Shown here piece after piece: positions 1-9,428 of a stretch of DNA of 64,000 nt. Position numbers and translations under genes: made by a program. Position 1 is the stretch's first letter, and the number at the start of each line of letters is the position of its first letter. A model generated the notes under the pieces. The model was not told the origin of the DNA. It searched no databases and was given only the letters and a program-made list of their open reading frames with translations. This DNA is from an uncultured Psychroflexus sp. (GTDB lineage Bacteria; Bacteroidota; Bacteroidia; Flavobacteriales; Flavobacteriaceae): the NCBI GenBank assembly GCA_913056525.1, contig CAJXLO010000002.1, forward strand, positions 5,169 to 69,168. Direction: 5' to 3'.

Positions 1-649
1 CAGTATTATCCAGATCAAAATTAAGGTCTGGCGCATGTATTATCTCCGTTTCACCGATTTCAAAATGATCGGTTGGGCTGCGTCTTCCGGCTACTAAAAC
101 CACTTCTTTTATTTGAGACTTCAGTTCCGGATAGAGCAAAACCAGGGTCGCAACATTCGTAGCCGGACCTATGGCTAAAATGTGTAAGCGTTCTTTTTTC
201 AATTGTTCAGCTAAAGCTTCCACAGCAGCATTGGTTTTTACTGTATCAGGATCGATGGGCGTTCCGGCGCCTTTGAACACAGGAATATCATAAGGCGCGA
301 AATCATCAGCCATTTTTTGAGCAATCCGGTAAGCGTCATCAATTCTGGTGTTACCATATACCGCGCTCATGCCTTTAATATCAATTCGCTTCGCTTTAAA
401 AAGCTGAAGTATCGCGTAACCATCGTCCACATCACTATAACCATCATCTTTATAATTTTTCATGCCGACAGCTACATCGGCGTCTATCCAGACTTTTTTC
501 TTTTGTGCTGAATCTTTTAGCGTTTTATCTAATTCAGCTTTATTATCAGATTCAGCACCACGGCGTTCTTTTGTAGATTGATTTTGATCACAGCTGAACA
601 GTATCGGCTGGAAACAAAAAAGCAGTATTAGAGTTCTAAATTTCATCAT
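1..649 (-). CDS. Inosine/uridine-preferring nucleoside hydrolase family lipoprotein (partial; 3' end beyond window, absent from ORF track)
   Basis: Manual translation from ATG 649: MMKFRTLILLFCFQPILFSC (lipobox LFSC), then VWIDADVAVG...SDVDDGYAI (Asp-rich Ca2+ motif), SAVYGN, IPVFKGA, ILAIGPATNVA, DLNFDLD, all typical of IU-NH enzymes. The frame stays open to the window edge. Confidence 0.88.
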   Translation of the reverse strand, partial: MMKFRTLILLFCFQPILFSCDQNQSTKERRGAESDNKAELDKTLKDSAQKKKVWIDADVAVGMKNYKDDGYSDVDDGYAILQLFKAKRIDIKGMSAVYGNTRIDDAYRIAQKMADDFAPYDIPVFKGAGTPIDPDTVKTNAAVEALAEQLKKERLHILAIGPATNVATLVLLYPELKSQIKEVVLVAGRRSPTDHFEIGETEIIHAPDLNFDLDNT

Positions 650-661
650 CTTTTCATTTTT

Positions 662-3649
662 TTAAAACAGATATCGGGCGCCAAATTGAAATTGCCTTGG
701 CGGTCCGGCGTTTCGTTGCACAAATCTACCGCTGGATGCTGGTCCGGCTTGTATTTGGTTACTTTGCGTGGCATTATTCGGGAAACCGCTTAAATTTTCT
801 ACATTAAAAACATTAAAAATATCGGCAGATAATTCCAGTTGATTATCGCCCATAAAATCAAACGAATATTGTAAATGTACATCAAAATTAAACGACCACG
901 GCAAGCGATCATTATTACGCGATTCGCCGGGCGAGCGGTCGCTGTTACCTACATAAGCTTCGCCAAAGCCGCTGCCATCGCCGTTGAGATCGGTTGTTCC
1001 ATAAATTTCTGCATCGGGAATCCTGTTGATAGGTTGGCCGCTTTGTAACAATCCGGCAAAGGTGATCAAACTGTTTTCGACCGGAAACCAATTAAAAATC
1101 CCATTGATATTATGTCGCCGATCGTTAATACTTGGACCCCATTCGTTTTCATAATTATTCGCATCCATCGCTCTAAAGTTGATGTCTTCTGTATTGTTTC
1201 TCAGCGAAGATAAGGTGTAATTTAAGCGATAGGAATATTTATCATCGCCGCGCTGTTTTTGTAAGTTGAAACTGGCCGCGTAATAGCGAGATTGACCTTT
1301 TGTTTCCGTCATAATGACGTTTCTTGCCACGCCTTGCACTTCTTGTCCATTGATGATACCGGCGCCATTAACTATCGGGATTGGTCTTGTGGCATCGGCT
1401 TCTGCTTGTGTTCTGACTTCATCCGGCGAAAAATCAGCATCGATCGGAAATTCTTCTGCGGCATTTAAATTGCGTAAGCGGTATAAATTTTCTCCGCGAT
1501 TATGAAACAGATCGACAAAGAACAATTTATCATCATCTATTTTAGTTTGATAACCAATTGAAATTTGATGTGTGTACGGATTATCGTATCCGTTGGGATT
1601 CAAAATGCGTCTTTCGTTTGAAAATATCTGATTTTTATCAACGGAAAGCTCATTGGCAATTGGTCCATTAGGGAAATCAGCATCAGGAATGGTAGCGGTG
1701 AGATTACCGTTAAAAGTGATCTGATCAAGATCAGCATTTGGGTTTAATATTCCCTGATCTTGTAGCGCTGCCAGTTGGCTTTTGAACGCATCAGAATCTG
1801 TGCTTTGCTGCAATGCATCGCTGTAAACCGAATAGAGAATTTTATCATAAGCAATACCGTATCCGCCGCGGATAACGGAATTTTCGGTCAATTCGTAATT
1901 GAAATTAAATCGTGGTGCCAGGTTGTTGTAATCGCCTTCATCGCCGCCGCCTTTTGATAAATTGTCATAATCATAGCGCAAGCCCATTTTTAAATCTAAT
2001 TTATTAGTGACCGCCCAAAGATCTTCCAGATAAAAACTGTAAATATTTTGCGTCGTCCCAAAAGACGTAGGTCGCAATTCCACATTGTAGTTGATGACTT
2101 CTACATCTTCAGGTAAGTCACTGATAGTTAAACCACTTCCTAAATTAGCATTGCTTAAATTGTCAAGCTGATCCTGGGTAAGATCCACCACATAATTCCC
2201 ATTAGGATTGCCACCGCCGAATAAGGAATGATCACTGCTTAGATAATTGAATCCGGCTTTTAGCGAATGGTCATCAATGGCATAATTGACTTTTTGCTGG
2301 AATTGGTAAGTATCGGCTTCAGCATCAAATACAAATCCCGGATGACCAATCACAGCAACGGTTAGATCTTGCGGATTTCTTAGCGTTGCTTGTGGTGAAG
2401 CTCCGGAATTAGGATCCGCATAATCCCATTTAAATCGGCTGTATTGCAAATTGCTTTCAAAGGTAAGATCGCCGATTTCGTAGTTGTTTTTAAAAGCCAA
2501 GTTCAAGCTATTTCGTTGCTGTTGATTAGCCGCCGATGGAAACTGAACGCCGCCGGATAAACCGCCGCCTTGTCTATCGATATTAACTAAACCGACATTG
2601 GCACGCAAAGATGATCTAAAATTTTCTGCCCAGTTATGATCGATCTTGGCTGAGAAATAATTGAAGGTGTTGGTTCCCTGAACGGTTTCATTTACTCCTA
2701 AATCCGGTGAATTGAGCAAGTTGTCTTTAAGATCAGTTGTATGCTCAAAGTTGAAAAAGAAAAAGGTTTGATCTTTTTTGATAGGTCCGCCAATAGCCAT
2801 ACCGGTTTGGTAGCGCTCAAAACCATCTTTTACCTGATTGCCCGACAGATCGCGCTGTGCAAAAGGACTGGAAGCATCCAGCGGTTGTCCCGGACGATTG
2901 ATGGCATAAATTTCTCCTTTGATGTCATTGGTACCAGATTTTGTGGTGATATCGATCACACCATTATTACTTAACCCGTATTCTGCGGAGTAATTGCTGG
3001 TCAAAACCGTGATATCTTTGACAAAACCTACCGGAATATTAAATCGCATGCCGCCCAGAAACTGCTCGTTGTTGTCCATTCCGTCGATGGTATAATTGGT
3101 GTAAAGCGAATTAGCGCCATTTATGCTCACCGGCGGCGCTTCAGGGAAAAATCCGGTGGCTTGCGTGACGTTGGGCAAACGGAACAAAGCCGTATTAATA
3201 TCTCTGGCTTCTACCGGTAATTTTTTGAGTTCTTCTGCCTGAAGTTCAAAGGAAACTTCTGCGTTTCTGCGGTTGATTTTGAGCACTTTTTGATCGGTAA
3301 TAACGACTTCTTGCAACTCTTGTTTTCCTATTTTTTTAAAGATCGGTAAGTTGATGGTCACATTTTCATTAGACCGCAAATCGATCAATCCGCTTTGCGA
3401 GGAAAGATAATCATCATTGCCGGCAAATTTTATCTGATAATCGTTGATGACCGGTAATGAAGTGAACCTGACTTTTCCATCCTGATTTGTCGTTTTCGTT
3501 AATTCAATCCCTCTTGATTCGTTGATCAATTGGATTTCTAAATTGGATACCGGTTCTTGTTCCGGTTGTAATGAAACGGTGACGTTTATGCTTTCCTGTG
3601 CTGATGCCATTCCTACACAGGCAAAGCATAGTAATAAAAATCTATACAT
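662..3649 (-). CDS. TonB-dependent receptor (Oar-like, N-terminal carboxypeptidase-regulatory-like domain)
   Basis: 995 aa with signal peptide, LQEVVIT TonB-box-like segment, plug motifs (NYTIDGMDNN, SNYSAEYG, VIDITTKSGTN), NLAPRFNFNY, and C-terminal PRQFQFGARYLF beta signal. Confidence 0.92.
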   Translation of the reverse strand: MYRFLLLCFACVGMASAQESINVTVSLQPEQEPVSNLEIQLINESRGIELTKTTNQDGKVRFTSLPVINDYQIKFAGNDDYLSSQSGLIDLRSNENVTINLPIFKKIGKQELQEVVITDQKVLKINRRNAEVSFELQAEELKKLPVEARDINTALFRLPNVTQATGFFPEAPPVSINGANSLYTNYTIDGMDNNEQFLGGMRFNIPVGFVKDITVLTSNYSAEYGLSNNGVIDITTKSGTNDIKGEIYAINRPGQPLDASSPFAQRDLSGNQVKDGFERYQTGMAIGGPIKKDQTFFFFNFEHTTDLKDNLLNSPDLGVNETVQGTNTFNYFSAKIDHNWAENFRSSLRANVGLVNIDRQGGGLSGGVQFPSAANQQQRNSLNLAFKNNYEIGDLTFESNLQYSRFKWDYADPNSGASPQATLRNPQDLTVAVIGHPGFVFDAEADTYQFQQKVNYAIDDHSLKAGFNYLSSDHSLFGGGNPNGNYVVDLTQDQLDNLSNANLGSGLTISDLPEDVEVINYNVELRPTSFGTTQNIYSFYLEDLWAVTNKLDLKMGLRYDYDNLSKGGGDEGDYNNLAPRFNFNYELTENSVIRGGYGIAYDKILYSVYSDALQQSTDSDAFKSQLAALQDQGILNPNADLDQITFNGNLTATIPDADFPNGPIANELSVDKNQIFSNERRILNPNGYDNPYTHQISIGYQTKIDDDKLFFVDLFHNRGENLYRLRNLNAAEEFPIDADFSPDEVRTQAEADATRPIPIVNGAGIINGQEVQGVARNVIMTETKGQSRYYAASFNLQKQRGDDKYSYRLNYTLSSLRNNTEDINFRAMDANNYENEWGPSINDRRHNINGIFNWFPVENSLITFAGLLQSGQPINRIPDAEIYGTTDLNGDGSGFGEAYVGNSDRSPGESRNNDRLPWSFNFDVHLQYSFDFMGDNQLELSADIFNVFNVENLSGFPNNATQSNQIQAGPASSGRFVQRNAGPPRQFQFGARYLF

Positions 3650-3688
3650 CTTATTTTCTAGTAGTTACGTTATTTTTTAAAATTTGGA

Positions 3689-4375
3689 TTATCCAGAAGC
3701 GATAAAAAGCTCAGGTGGTCCTTTATTAAAAAAATAAGATGAGTAATGATGATCGAAATAAGCAGTGTTTATAAATAGGTTTAGATCAGAAGAAAAGGTA
3801 AAACCTGTACTTAAAATTTCCTTTAGCGGATGTTGACCTGATAATTGATGATAAACTTTGCGTAATGATCTTATATCATCTATATCGATCAACCTTTTGA
3901 GTTGATAGTTTTCAATGCCATTTTGCTTGAGTTGATTTCTTAGTTGATAGAAGACCTGTGATGTTTGCCAGTTGATAGCTTTAAAATCTACATATTGAAG
4001 GTCGTCGCGATGTAAAGCCCAGAGATAAAAGCCGCCATCATAAGATGGACCAATGCACATTTTGCCTTTTTGGGTAAGCTTATCAGCTTTGAGGATTTGT
4101 TCAAGTGAAAGTTGTGGTGTATCATTCCCGATCGAAATGACCTTCTGGTATCCCAGATCGAAAGTATCCTTTAGCGCATTAAAATATCGGGTGCCAAAAT
4201 CTTTTCCCTTTTGTATGGTCTCATCATAGCAAATAAGGTCCAAATGCTCGATAGACAATTTTCTTATCCAATGATCATTAAGTGCATCGAATACCTTTTG
4301 AGACTGAACAATATCGTGCTTGGATTCTTTTGCGGAATTCCTGTAAAAAAACAATAAAGCCGATCTATTAGACAT
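3689..4375 (-). CDS. DUF2064 / TIGR04282-like glycosyltransferase-fold protein
   Basis: Motifs QKGKDFGTR, VISIGNDTPQL, IGPSYDGGFYL, WQTSQV and LIDIDD match DUF2064 (CofC-like fold). Confidence 0.82.
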   Translation of the reverse strand: MSNRSALLFFYRNSAKESKHDIVQSQKVFDALNDHWIRKLSIEHLDLICYDETIQKGKDFGTRYFNALKDTFDLGYQKVISIGNDTPQLSLEQILKADKLTQKGKMCIGPSYDGGFYLWALHRDDLQYVDFKAINWQTSQVFYQLRNQLKQNGIENYQLKRLIDIDDIRSLRKVYHQLSGQHPLKEILSTGFTFSSDLNLFINTAYFDHHYSSYFFNKGPPELFIASG

Positions 4376-4384
4376 ATACGCAAT

Positions 4385-4410
4385 GGTCGTTGGAAATCTT
4401 AAGCCTTACA
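4385..4410 (-). promoter_or_regulatory. Candidate ECF-sigma promoter TGTAAG-N15-CGACC upstream of the DUF2064 gene
   Basis: Minus strand reads TGTAAG gcttaagatttccaa CGACC, ending about 10 nt before the ATG at 4375. No TAnnTTTG lies in this short gap. Confidence 0.4.
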
Positions 4411-4415
4411 GGAGC

Positions 4416-4802
4416 CTATCCTAATCCTGGTTTTAGGATTAGCGCATTGGGATATTTATCTTTTATCTTCAAAAAGAACCTATCCGCTAACAGGCGCGTA
4501 CCAAATCTGCCTATCCAAACCTTATAATTAGGGGTTTCATAAATGATCACTACTTCTTTTTTAAAGGAATCTTTCACGATTTGCTCTTTAAGGAATTCAT
4601 CTATATTTTTTTTGATCTCCTGAGCTTTACCTTTACCTCCAGAATGGACCTGTATGACATAGAACTCCTTAAGCTTGTAATCCCGGGTCATTTGTTCTTT
4701 TAATTGCATTAGTTCACGAAGTAAAGGATCATTTCCTATCCCTACCTGTGATGAGGCCCATTGAAAATTTAACAAAAAAAGTAACACAAAGACTAATTTC
4801 AT
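4416..4802 (-). CDS. SPOR domain-containing protein
   Basis: Signal peptide from ATG 4802 (MKLVFVLLFLLNFQWASSQ), then YVIQVHSG, YETPNYKVWIGRF and KDKYPNALI. The ORF-track TTG start at 4823 lies inside a TACTTTTG promoter element (4821-4828, minus). Confidence 0.82.
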   Translation of the reverse strand: MKLVFVLLFLLNFQWASSQVGIGNDPLLRELMQLKEQMTRDYKLKEFYVIQVHSGGKGKAQEIKKNIDEFLKEQIVKDSFKKEVVIIYETPNYKVWIGRFGTRLLADRFFLKIKDKYPNALILKPGLG

Positions 4803-4858
4803 ATAATGGATAATTATTTTCAAAAGTAAATATATCCTATTAATTAGGGAGTTTTTTT

Positions 4859-4877
4859 ATTTAGAAGTATTTTAAAT
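4859..4877. promoter_or_regulatory. Fur-box-like palindrome ATTTAGAAGTATTTTAAAT
   Basis: Imperfect inverted repeat with 17/19 identity to the flavobacterial (Riemerella) Fur box ATTTAGAATTATTCTAAAT as I recall it. It lies between divergent promoters. Confidence 0.62.
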
Positions 4878-4922
4878 TAGGCTTTTAAGAAATGTCTATT
4901 CCCTTAAATATGCTTTATGTTT

Positions 4923-4930
4923 TACTTTTG
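4923..4930 (+). promoter_or_regulatory. Bacteroidota housekeeping -7 element (TAnnTTTG) for the act-cox operon
   Basis: TACTTTTG about 50 nt upstream of the actA ATG. Confidence 0.65.
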
Positions 4931-4981
4931 TAATTATTTTACGTAAGGTAACTTAAGGTTTATCATTAACTGAAATTAGAT

Positions 4982-6325
4982 ATGAAATATATAACAGTGA
5001 TAATGAGCAGTTTGAAGATGACGTTAACTGCTTTTATGTTCGTTTTTTTTCTGTCTGCCACCGGTCAGGACACTGCTGAGGAAACCTCTTCAGAAAGTGG
5101 TTCAGGTCAGGAAGAGGTTATTCCCGGAGCAGATTTGGCCAAAGGAGAAGAGCTATTCAAGTCCATTTGTGCCTCTTGTCATAAACGCTATGAGAAGGCC
5201 ATAGGACCCGCTTTGCACGGTTTGACCGAACGTCGCGAAATGGAATGGATCTACAAATGGATCAAGAACAACAAAAAACTCAGGGAATCCGGTGATCAGC
5301 AAGCTATTGCTATCTATGAGGAATACAATAAAACGGCCATGCCGGCTTATCCCCAATTAAGTAATCAGGATATAGACAATATCGTTGCCTATGCAGAACA
5401 GCCGAAACCAGAACCAAAACAAAAAGTAGCAGCTGCACCTCAAGGCGGTCAGGCTGGAGGACAAAAAGGGTCCGGCATGTCCACTGAGGTCATTCTGGGT
5501 ATTCTGGCATTCGTGCTATTGATGCTGTCAGTAGTACTTTATCTGGTTAATAGGACATTGAACAGATTTGCAGAAGCAAATGGTGTTCCTGTAAAACAGG
5601 AAGAAGACAAAGAACCGAGAAAGCCTATATGGGTTGCATTTGCAGAAAATCAATTCCTTGTGGTCATAACAGTGGTAGTTGTACTTTTGGGCGTAGCATA
5701 CGGCGCTTATGGTTTCTTGATGCAAGTTGGTGTTGACCAGGGATATGAACCGGTGCAACCTATTCATTATTCCCACAGGATCCATGCCGGTGAGAACAAG
5801 ATAGAATGCAAATATTGCCACTCTTCCGCACGCGTTTCTAAACATTCTGGAATTCCTTCATTGAACGTATGTATGAACTGCCATAAGCAAGTGAACGAGG
5901 TGGCTGAGGAAACAGCCACGGCTCAATATTCCAAGGAATTCTATGATAAAGAAATCCAGAAATTATACGAAGCTACCGGTTGGAATCCAGATGAAATGGC
6001 CTATACTGACGAGAAAAAGCCGGTCAAATGGGTCAGGATACACAACCTTCCAGACCTTGCTTATTTTAACCACTCACAACACGTAACAGTCGCTAACATC
6101 GAGTGCCAAAAATGCCACGGACCTGTAGAGGAGATGGAGATCATGTATCAACATTCCTCTTTGACGATGGGCTGGTGTATCAATTGCCATAGAGAAACCC
6201 AGGTCAACGTAAAGGATAATGGTTACTATAAGAAGATACACGAGGAATTATCCAAAAAATACAATGTAGACAAAGTGACCGCTGCACAAATGGGTGGTAT
6301 CGAGTGTGGTAAATGCCATTATTAA
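4982..6325 (+). CDS. actA: Alternative complex III subunit A (monoheme plus pentaheme cytochrome c)
   Basis: Six CxxCH motifs: CASCH (N-terminal monoheme domain), CKYCH, CMNCH, CQKCH, CINCH, CGKCH. Also two TM helices and the QPIHYSH and YFNHSQH motifs. Confidence 0.95.
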   Translation: MKYITVIMSSLKMTLTAFMFVFFLSATGQDTAEETSSESGSGQEEVIPGADLAKGEELFKSICASCHKRYEKAIGPALHGLTERREMEWIYKWIKNNKKLRESGDQQAIAIYEEYNKTAMPAYPQLSNQDIDNIVAYAEQPKPEPKQKVAAAPQGGQAGGQKGSGMSTEVILGILAFVLLMLSVVLYLVNRTLNRFAEANGVPVKQEEDKEPRKPIWVAFAENQFLVVITVVVVLLGVAYGAYGFLMQVGVDQGYEPVQPIHYSHRIHAGENKIECKYCHSSARVSKHSGIPSLNVCMNCHKQVNEVAEETATAQYSKEFYDKEIQKLYEATGWNPDEMAYTDEKKPVKWVRIHNLPDLAYFNHSQHVTVANIECQKCHGPVEEMEIMYQHSSLTMGWCINCHRETQVNVKDNGYYKKIHEELSKKYNVDKVTAAQMGGIECGKCHY

Positions 6326-6352
6326 TCTAAGAATTAAGTAATAAAGCAATTT

Positions 6353-9300
6353 ATGTCATCAAATAAGAAATACTGGAAAGCGCCTGAACAAATTCATGAA
6401 TCCGCTAAAGTTGATCATTTAGAAAAGAATGAATTCGTTGAGCCGCTACCAACTGATGAACAAGACGGTGAATCAAACTCATCTACAACGCGAAGGGATT
6501 TCCTCAAGTATGTAGGTTTTAGTACAGCAGCAGCCACCATAGCTGCCTGTGAAGGTCCAGTCATTCATTCTATTCCATATGCAGAACAACCGGAAAGAAT
6601 AGTTCCCGGTAAATCTGATTATTATGCTACCGCCATGGCGGACGGTTTTGATTTTGCTGGTGTCATGGTGAAAACCCGTGAAGGAAGACCCATCAAAATA
6701 GAGAACAATGAGCTTGTGCGAACTACTTCCGCATCAAAGGCCAGAGTTCACGCTTCTATACTTTCTATGTACGATGTCCAGCGATTACAAAAACCAGAGG
6801 TCAAAGGAGAACAGCGTTCATGGGTGGACTTTCACTTGCTTGTAAAAGATAGATTGCGTAAGCTCAATGGCAAGCCGATAGTCTTCCTCACTCAGACCTT
6901 CGCCAGTCCTGCTACAAAAAAGTTGATTCGGGAATTCAAGAAAAAGTATCCATCTACAAGACATGTAGTTTATGATGCCGTTTCTGAATCCGCCAGTTTA
7001 GATGCTTTTGAAGAGAAGTTCGGTCTTCGGGCATTGCCACAATATGAACTTTCCAATGCCAGAAATATCATTAGCATTGGCGCTGACTTGTTAGGTGATT
7101 GGCAAGGTGGCGGTTGTGATACCGGTTATTCCCAAAGCAGACAGCCATCCAAGGAAATGTCCAGGCATTACCAATTTGAAGCTAACCTTAGCCTAAGTGG
7201 CGGTAACGCAGACTACCGTGTACCAGCAAAACCAAGTACGCAAAAAAGGATACTCGTCGAGCTTTACAATAGGCTGGTGAACAACACTACTACAGTTGAT
7301 CTACCTAATAATATCACAAAGATGGTAGATCAGGCAGTAAATGACATTAATAATAACAAATCACGGTCAGTCGTCATAACTGGGATTCAGGACAAAAATG
7401 CTCAGCGTTTGGCAATGGAGATCAATATGGCGCTGAACAGCGAATTGATGGACGTTGATGACCCTAAAATGATACGGGAAGGAAGTGATGCTGAAGTAAT
7501 GGAGTTGGTCAGGGAAATGAACCAGGGAAAGATAGGAGCTTTGATCACTGCTGGTGTGAATCCTGCTTATTCCCTTCCTAACGCTGATGCTTTCAAGAAA
7601 GGAACAAAAAACCTTGACTTGATGGTCAGTTGTGCGATGAAGATGGACGAAACGGCTTCTCTGGCCGAGTTTGTCGCAGCTACGCCTCATTACCTGGAAT
7701 CATGGGGTGATGTGCAATTCAGTAAGAAAGAGTTCGCCCTGACACAACCTACCATCAAGCCTATTTTCAACACGATGCAATTTCAGGATTGCCTTTTGAA
7801 TTGGCTTGGAAAAGAGGAGTCCTATTATGATTTCCTTAAAAGATATTTTAATAACAACTATGAAGGACTATCATGGAATCAATGTTTACACGATGGCGTT
7901 TATAGATATGAGAAAGCTAAAGTTGAACCTTCCTCTTCCACTGTTTCATTTGATGCTGGACAGGTTTGTGGCCAATTAGCCTCGTCAAGTGTAAATGGGT
8001 TTGAGCTCGCATTGTACACCAAGATAGGAATGGGAGACGGCCAACAAGCCAATAATCCCTGGTTGCAAGAATTCCCCGACCCGATTACCCGAAACACCTG
8101 GGATAATTACGTAACCGTATCCAAAAGGGATGCAGATGAACTGGGAATAGAAAACCGTGTAAGATCGAATGGAGCGATAGATGGCGACCTTGTCAATATT
8201 AAAGTAGGTGATCGAAGTTTAAAAAATGTTCCAATCTTCGTTCAACCGGGTCAGGCACCTGGAAGTTTGGGATTGGCCCTGGGTTTTGGAAGGAAGTCTG
8301 GATTAAAGGAAGAGATGCAGGTAGGACATAATGCTTATCCACTTTATAAAAACTTCAAGTCGGATCAAAGTGTTAGTATTGAAAAAACAGAAGGTAATCA
8401 CGAGTTCGCTTGCCTTCAGCTTCAGAACACCATGGCCGGACGTGAGGATATTATCCGTGAAACGGACCTAGACACCTATCTTCACCAGAGCAAAGAAGAA
8501 TGGAATAAAACCCCAGAATTCTCAAAAGACCACGCGATGGAGCCGGTCGATTCAAAGAAAGTTGATCTTTGGACTTCATTCGACAGGTCCATCGGTCATC
8601 ATTTTAAATTGTCTATTGACCTAAATTCTTGCACAGGTTGTGGCGCCTGTGTGATCGCTTGCCACTCAGAGAACAATGTTCCTGTAGTTGGTAAAGAAGA
8701 AGTCAGGAAATCAAGGAACATGCATTGGTTGCGTATAGATAGATACTATTCTTCTGGTGACTCGTTTGATGAAGAGAAGGAAAAATTAAAAAATCTGGGA
8801 ACATTTGAGACCTTTAAGGACGTGGAAACCGCTTCTTATGATAACCCTCAAGTGGCATTCCAACCTGTAATGTGCCAACATTGCAACCACGCACCTTGCG
8901 AAACGGTTTGTCCGGTAGGCGCCATCGGTCATGGAAGACAAGGTCAGAACCAAATGACCTACAACCGATGTATTGGGACTCGCTATTGCGCGAACAATTG
9001 CCCTTATAAAGTAAGACGTTTCAACTGGTTCAGATATAATCAAAATGACGAGTTCGATTATCATATGAACAACGACCTGGGAAGAATGGTCTTGAATCCT
9101 GACGTTACCGTTCGTTCACGAGGAGTGATGGAAAAATGTTCGTTCTGCATCCAGATGACCCAGAAATCAATTTTAGATGCCAAACGTGAGGGAAGGCCGG
9201 TCAAGGACGAAGAATTCCAGACCGCTTGTGCTAATGCCTGCGATAACGGAGCTTTGACCTTTGGTGATGTCAATGACAAGAAAAGTGAGGTGTTTGAAGA

Positions 9301-9415
9301 AAGCAAAGATGACAGGATGTACCACTTACTGGGCTACTTAGGAGTAGAACCTAACGTTATGTACCAAACGAAAGTGAACAATAAGAACAAAACGAAAGAA
9401 AAAAGTAACGCTTAA
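6353..9415 (+). CDS. actB: Alternative complex III subunit B (Tat-exported molybdopterin-oxidoreductase-like plus Fe-S domain)
   Basis: TRRDFLK twin-arginine signal with AAC lipobox. C-terminal Fe-S motifs CTGCGACVIAC, CQHCNHAPCETVCP, CIGTRYCANNCP and EKCSFC. Confidence 0.95.
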   Translation: MSSNKKYWKAPEQIHESAKVDHLEKNEFVEPLPTDEQDGESNSSTTRRDFLKYVGFSTAAATIAACEGPVIHSIPYAEQPERIVPGKSDYYATAMADGFDFAGVMVKTREGRPIKIENNELVRTTSASKARVHASILSMYDVQRLQKPEVKGEQRSWVDFHLLVKDRLRKLNGKPIVFLTQTFASPATKKLIREFKKKYPSTRHVVYDAVSESASLDAFEEKFGLRALPQYELSNARNIISIGADLLGDWQGGGCDTGYSQSRQPSKEMSRHYQFEANLSLSGGNADYRVPAKPSTQKRILVELYNRLVNNTTTVDLPNNITKMVDQAVNDINNNKSRSVVITGIQDKNAQRLAMEINMALNSELMDVDDPKMIREGSDAEVMELVREMNQGKIGALITAGVNPAYSLPNADAFKKGTKNLDLMVSCAMKMDETASLAEFVAATPHYLESWGDVQFSKKEFALTQPTIKPIFNTMQFQDCLLNWLGKEESYYDFLKRYFNNNYEGLSWNQCLHDGVYRYEKAKVEPSSSTVSFDAGQVCGQLASSSVNGFELALYTKIGMGDGQQANNPWLQEFPDPITRNTWDNYVTVSKRDADELGIENRVRSNGAIDGDLVNIKVGDRSLKNVPIFVQPGQAPGSLGLALGFGRKSGLKEEMQVGHNAYPLYKNFKSDQSVSIEKTEGNHEFACLQLQNTMAGREDIIRETDLDTYLHQSKEEWNKTPEFSKDHAMEPVDSKKVDLWTSFDRSIGHHFKLSIDLNSCTGCGACVIACHSENNVPVVGKEEVRKSRNMHWLRIDRYYSSGDSFDEEKEKLKNLGTFETFKDVETASYDNPQVAFQPVMCQHCNHAPCETVCPVGAIGHGRQGQNQMTYNRCIGTRYCANNCPYKVRRFNWFRYNQNDEFDYHMNNDLGRMVLNPDVTVRSRGVMEKCSFCIQMTQKSILDAKREGRPVKDEEFQTACANACDNGALTFGDVNDKKSEVFEESKDDRMYHLLGYLGVEPNVMYQTKVNNKNKTKEKSNA

Positions 9416-9428
9416 TTAAATAGGAATT

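Noticed and set aside
317-511. 64-aa plus-strand ORF
   Set aside because: Antisense shadow of the nucleoside hydrolase gene.
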